Source of the DNA: Candidatus Latescibacterota bacterium
GTDB taxonomy: Bacteria > Latescibacterota > UBA2968 > GCA-2709665
Direction of reading: 5' to 3'
Length of the DNA stretch: 64,000 nucleotides
Assembly: GCA_965237675.1 (NCBI GenBank)
Contig: OZ250150.1
Location: forward strand, 1,888,001-1,952,000
The notes under the pieces are model-generated. The model worked only from the letters and a program-made list of their open reading frames with translations. It ran no database searches and was not told the origin of the DNA. The position numbers and the translations under genes were made by a program. Below, in pieces: positions 58,904 to 64,000 of the stretch; the stretch's first letter is position 1; the number at the start of each line of letters is the position of its first letter.

Positions 58904-61329
58904 ACTAGACGTGCGCGCCGGACAGGCGGCGGCATCTCCGAGTCTGCACCCTTCACTGCCTTCCAGATGATCTGGCTGAAAAGATCGTCCGGCGCCTCGT
59001 CGACCTCCTCAAGCGGAAGCTCCTCGGAGATCCTGGCGCCGTACGCGTCCTCCTTGTTCATCGTGGTCAGACTGATGCGGGCCGGTTTCGTCTCGTACGG
59101 GCTCGGATCGAACGCCCCGGTGAAGCAGTCGAACATCGGCGTAGCGGCCGCGTCGTACTGACTCATCGGCGGGAGGCCCAGGATCAGCTCCATCGTCCGG
59201 AGGACGCTGGAGGTCGTGTAGAAGGTACTCACGGTTTTTCGCACGCGGGAGTAGGGGCTGACGACGATCGCAACGGAACGATGGGCGTCGACATGATCCG
59301 GACCGTTCTGCGCATCGTCCTCGACGACGAAGATGGCCATCTTCGGCCAGAGGGTGCTCCGGGAGGCCGTTTCTATTATCATCGCCATGCCGAGATCGTT
59401 CCGGGCCATCTGCGCGAACGGGGTGTACCATCCGGGGCGCGTACCCGAGGTGTGGTCGTCCGGCAGGGAGATCATCTGGAAGCGGGGGACCGTGCCCTCT
59501 CTTTCAAATTTTCAGAACTCCTCCATCCAGTCCTGCGCCCGCTCGATGTCCGTGTATTCCGTGCTCCGTCGACGGCTGAACGTGGGATGGACATGTCCCT
59601 TGAGGCTCTCGAACGCAGCCTCGATCTTCCCGTCTTTCTCCACGATCATCTCCCCGTAGCTTCGGAAAGAGATCCCCGCCGCCGCGCAGAGGTCCCAGAT
59701 AAATCCCGCGTCGGGAACGTAAAGGCCCGGGTCGTTGTAACGCATGCGCCCTCGCCCGGAATACCAGGGAGGCCAGGATTTCTCGGTGTGGTCCGTGGCG
59801 TACGCGGCGGTCGACCAGGAATGGCCATCGGCGCTCACTTCGGCGTCCACGTAAAAGTTGTCCAGGAGGCTGAACTCCCGCGCAAGCGCATGGTGATTGG
59901 GAGTAACCTCCTCCCCGAACAGGACGAGGGAGGTGTCCCCGTTCCCTTCCGGCATGTCACCGAAGATCTGGTCATAGGTCCGGTTCTCTTTAATGATGTA
60001 GATGACGTATTCGATCTTGCTCGAGGGCACGCCCACCTGGTCCGGGATAACGTCGGGCACGGGCGACTTCAACTCCGTCTGCTCGAGGAGGCGGTCCTTG
60101 TAGGGCGTGTTCCGATAGACCTGGCGGGTGTAGCGCGCGAGTTCCTGCGGTACAGGGGTCGGGATAATGGAGACCGCTCCGAGGATGATGTACCCGATAT
60201 ACTCGGTCTCCGGACCCCAATGGGTCGGCTGGGGCCCGTAAACGTTGGCAGACGAAACGGTTCCCTTCGCGTTCCCGACCAATATCCGCTTCCCGTCGAG
60301 CGTCATAGCGACGGCCGAAGGGTACCAACCGGTCGGGACGAAGCCACGGATTTCGCTCTTATCGGGCTCCGATATGTCTACGATGGCAACGTTGTTATTG
60401 TCCGCATTCGCCACGATCAGGCTCCTGCCGTCGGGGGAGAGGGCAAGGGCGTTCGGTGTACTGCCCTCGGGCGCTTTGGGATAGAGCGTCGTGACGATCG
60501 TCTCGACAACCTTTTCCTTCGACAGATCGATCGCGGAAACGGAGTTGGAATTGGCGTTGGCGACGAAAAGCCTGAGTCCGTCCGAGGTGATCGCCATGTC
60601 GTTCGGATGGCTTCCCACCGGGATCGTCTTCGACACCTTCCACGCAAGACGGTTGACGACCGCCACCTTCTTTTTGTTCCATAGGCTGACGTAGATGCTG
60701 GACCCGTCTTTCGAGAGCAGGCACTCGTAAGGGACGCCGCCGACGTCGATCTGTCGTACCATCTTCCTGCTGAGCAGGTCGACCTCGATAAGCGTCTCCT
60801 CCAGGATGTTTCCCACGTAGAGCAGGTTCTTCCGTTCATCGATCTCGATTCCCGAGAGGTAAGCATCTTTGACGACGGTCGTGTCCAGCTTGATCGGTGC
60901 CTTGAGCGCGAGGGGGCTCTCCGCATTCTTCGGGTCGAAGGTCAGGACTTCCACGAGCCGGCGTCTGCCTCCTGAAGCGTACAAACGGCTGTGCCCCTGA
61001 TGCAGGTCCAGACCCAGCCACGTTCTTTCCAACGCAATTTCCTGGACGCTGCGGCGGCTGAACAGGTCGACAACCGTAATACCGTGCTTGTTGAGCCCGG
61101 CCGTCAGCGTGAAGACAAAGCGACCTGCCGGGTCCAGGACGAAGTTCATCGGCAGGTCGCCCACTTCGATCTGTCGCCCTGCGGGGGTGAGCATCCAGCC
61201 GTTGGGCAGGAGGTAGCCCTGCGGCCCGGGGATAGGATGGTCGTCCGACCCGGTAGCGAAAGCGGTGCTTCCGAAGCACCCGGCGAGAAGGATCAAGCAC
61301 GTTGCTACTTCCATTGTTCCGTATCTCAT
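58894..61329 (-). pseudogene. YncE beta-propeller / alkaline-phosphatase-superfamily phosphoesterase, interrupted by in-frame TGA (59512-59514) and IS-truncated at the 3' end
   Basis: YVTN-like repeats, IKENRTYD, SADGHSW and EDDAQNGPDHVDAHR; both ORFs share a frame (WMEEF*KFEREG). Confidence 0.85.
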
Positions 61330-61663
61330 GGCGGACTCCCGGAGAATCTTCGTTGCACATTTGTTTGTGGTGTATGAAGGCGGATTTCTGTACGGCGATT
61401 TCGCTTTCCAGATACCGAAGCCATAGAAACGAAAGAGCGTCTGGTAAAGACCCGTGCGGCGATGGCCGAAATAAAAACCGAGACACAGGCTGAGTACGCG
61501 ACCAAACCGGCCGCAAATGAAGAAAAATTGAAGAAGCCCGAGTGCGGCGGGGGAGTGGACGATTAACGCGTCGTTAACGGGCTTGGGATTGGGGTGGGCT
61601 CTGCGACAGGTGGGGACTTCGATGTGAGTTCCGTTCGTCAGTGGCCGGTTGTCGTTGACAATC

Positions 61664-64000
61664 CTATTGCGTGATGACAAAAACTACGTTTTTCTCGGCC
61701 GTTTCGCCGCTGTTCAGGTCTATGATCGATACCTTTAGTGAATAGCGACCCGGTACCTGGTCGCCGAGGTCTAATTCAACATATTCCACTTCCTGAGCCG
61801 CCTCCCCCTGCTGTTCGTAGGTGATGGCCAGTTCTTCTCTCTTGCCGGTGCCCCACCGGAACAGGCGAGAGATGTTTCCCGCCCGCCCGGGCGTATCTCT
61901 CGAAGTAATGGTATAGGAGATCTTATAGTTCGTCTGCCCGAACTCGTCCTTCGCCAGATTGTAGATTTCGTAGTAGACGAATACGCTCTGTCCTTTTTTG
62001 TAAGTTCGGGACGGCATCGGGACGACGTACAGGTTTCCCTTGGTAAACTTCCCGGCCGTTTTTTCTTCGCCAACCTGCCACGCCAATTCCAGGTCGCTGA
62101 TCTGGAGTTGACTTTTTCCATATCGCTCCACGACGACCTGCTGTCGATAGGCGCCCATGCGTCCTCTCAGGCGGTCCTGTGACTTCACCTCCAGCCGATA
62201 GGCGCCCGGCGGAAGGCTTATCTTCAGGACGCCGGGAACCTGGATGCCCTCCCCGGCCTGGTTGCCGGCGGCTTCGTACGTCAACTCATCCGATTGCCGG
62301 TAGACCGTGTCCAATGAGGATGAAATGAGCGCGGCGTGGTGCGTCAGAACCTGCCGAGTCACGTTTTCTTTTGACATGTAGTGACCTGGAAGGATTGGAA
62401 CCCCATAGTAGATCTCCAATAAGCTGCCTTCGTCGTCGCCCTTGAAGTCAGCCAGCGAATAATGGAAATCAAGAGGCGGTGTTTCGTCTTCGGGGGCATA
62501 GAAATCGGGAGTACCCGACGCCGCTCGCCGGTAGACCGATTGTGGAGAGTGGGTGCTTAACGAAGCAGTCTGACGTATCGAAATCCCTCCCTGGTTCGGC
62601 GGCACCGGGGCATAATCATATGTTCCGGAACCGATTTCGTCCGTAAAGGTGATTTCAATGCCGCCTCCCACGTCGGTATAGATCCACGTCTCCCAGGGCA
62701 CCGTACTCGGATCGTCGCCTGCCGTAACCGGGTGATAGTCTCCGAATCCCAGCCGTTCGTCCATTGGCAAAATACCTATACGGACGATATCATCAGGCGC
62801 TGGTGACGGCGTCGTTACGCCTTCATCAACGGACGTGCTTTGTCCGGCAATCTCCGAGCCGTCGACCTCGCCGGCGCCCACATCACCGGCCCCGTCCTCA
62901 CCGGACGATGCCGATGCGTTCTCGATGTTGACCTCTCTCAGTTCATACCACGCGCCATCCAACTGCCCGAAGCCGCGTACGGGGTAAACAGGGCCGACAA
63001 ACGTATGCGCCCCGACGTCGCCCTTGTATATATTGAAAGCGAGGCGCTCCTTAACCCGCTGTACTTTCAGGCTTTGCTTGAAGTTGGGTTCGTCCGATCT
63101 TGATCGATGATCGGGTTCCCCGAACCGAATGTAGACCTCGCCTCGGACGTCCCAAGGCTTTTTGTTCTTGGAGAACTCCGTGAGCGCGTACCAGACCCTT
63201 CGGTAGTGTTCCACTAAACGCTCGTTAACGGGTGTGGATAGATCCGGGTCCTTGGAATTCCAAAAGCGTTTCAAATAGTCTGCGCGGTCTGCGCCCTCGG
63301 CTTCGTCAAGGGCTTTTAACTCTTCGGTAGACGCAATATGCGTTATATCTTCGTACAGTCTTCGTTTATCCGGATCAAGATTGGAAATGTAATCCTCGAA
63401 GAACCCCATTGCCATGTCCGGATTGTTCTGTTTGATGGCAGAAATAGCAACGATGGGCATCAGTTCGATCGTCTCCGGATGCCTTTGGACGAAGTCGAAC
63501 AGGTGGTTCATAATCTTGGAATAATCTCTGACTTTCAAGTATGCAATTCCAAGGCTACGTTGCGCATCCGCATCTTCCGGGCGAAGCGCGAGGTATTTTG
63601 TATACCATACAACGGCCTTTTCGAATTCCCAGGAAAAGTACAAATAATAGTCTGCAATTAACAAATGAGCACCGGCATGTTCGGGGTCCATTTCCAGCAC
63701 TCTTTTTGCCTCCAACTCCGCGTCGCGTTCTTTCATCGCATAACGCACTCTGGCCATCTGATATCGCGCATCCACAAAGTTCCGATCTTTGATCAGGGCC
63801 TCCGTAAAATGGTGGATGGCAAAATGGCGCTGCATCGGCCATGTCTTGTAAAGCATACCCAGACCATGGTGGGCCAGCGCCTTGCTGCCCAGGGTCAGGG
63901 CTCGATGAAACGCGTCCTTCGATTCCTCGAATCGGCTCAATGACAATAAAATGTGACCCAGCCGGATATAGGCATCAGGATCCTTTGGTCTTTGGCGCGC
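61664..64000 (-). CDS. TPR + GWxTD-domain protein, 5' end outside window
   Basis: Frame open to base 64000; FWNSKDP..NERLVEHYRRVWYA, PWDVRGEVYIRFGEPD and VFVYYEIYNL. Confidence 0.9.
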   Translation of the reverse strand, partial: ARQRPKDPDAYIRLGHILLSLSRFEESKDAFHRALTLGSKALAHHGLGMLYKTWPMQRHFAIHHFTEALIKDRNFVDARYQMARVRYAMKERDAELEAKRVLEMDPEHAGAHLLIADYYLYFSWEFEKAVVWYTKYLALRPEDADAQRSLGIAYLKVRDYSKIMNHLFDFVQRHPETIELMPIVAISAIKQNNPDMAMGFFEDYISNLDPDKRRLYEDITHIASTEELKALDEAEGADRADYLKRFWNSKDPDLSTPVNERLVEHYRRVWYALTEFSKNKKPWDVRGEVYIRFGEPDHRSRSDEPNFKQSLKVQRVKERLAFNIYKGDVGAHTFVGPVYPVRGFGQLDGAWYELREVNIENASASSGEDGAGDVGAGEVDGSEIAGQSTSVDEGVTTPSPAPDDIVRIGILPMDERLGFGDYHPVTAGDDPSTVPWETWIYTDVGGGIEITFTDEIGSGTYDYAPVPPNQGGISIRQTASLSTHSPQSVYRRAASGTPDFYAPEDETPPLDFHYSLADFKGDDEGSLLEIYYGVPILPGHYMSKENVTRQVLTHHAALISSSLDTVYRQSDELTYEAAGNQAGEGIQVPGVLKISLPPGAYRLEVKSQDRLRGRMGAYRQQVVVERYGKSQLQISDLELAWQVGEEKTAGKFTKGNLYVVPMPSRTYKKGQSVFVYYEIYNLAKDEFGQTNYKISYTITSRDTPGRAGNISRLFRWGTGKREELAITYEQQGEAAQEVEYVELDLGDQVPGRYSLKVSIIDLNSGETAEKNVVFVITQ

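Noticed and set aside
59512-59514. Selenocysteine codon in the phosphoesterase
   Set aside because: No Cys/redox context and only a weak 4-bp downstream hairpin; nonsense mutation is more parsimonious
33746-64000. Diversity-generating retroelement behind GWxTD variability
   Set aside because: No reverse transcriptase in the window; the 31725-31814 versus 61928-62018 differences are not adenine-specific; variation is mostly indel-type

Overview
GC-rich bacterial window with two halves. Bases 1-28 kb hold the 3' end of a topoisomerase IV subunit A gene and a patchwork of single catabolic enzymes: three PhyH dioxygenases, two Ldh_2 oxidoreductases, two aldo/keto reductases, an aldolase, an enolase-family enzyme and several hydrolases. 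These are separated by REP-like, heptad and MITE-like repeats. This half also carries a strong selenoprotein candidate (thioredoxin-like, in-frame UGA at the redox site followed by a SECIS-like hairpin, 1888-3078) and an unexplained highly structured RNA-like element near 3.8 kb. After a small low-GC islet (SLATT-like and DUF5677-like genes), about 32 kb is almost entirely minus-strand. It contains five TPR + GWxTD-domain proteins with variable loops at fixed sites (the four with a visible N-terminus have signal peptides), two Kelch lipoproteins, an unknown lipoprotein, a 1628-aa Ser/Thr kinase-STAND-TPR-GAF-sigma54 activator, a peptide-binding protein and a phosphoesterase. Debris of further GWxTD copies and a nested IS1380/IS630 insertion, whose order can be reconstructed, are also present. 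All calls come from motif recognition by eye; no searches were run. The gene content resembles Latescibacterota/Gemmatimonadota-like genomes, but that is inference.
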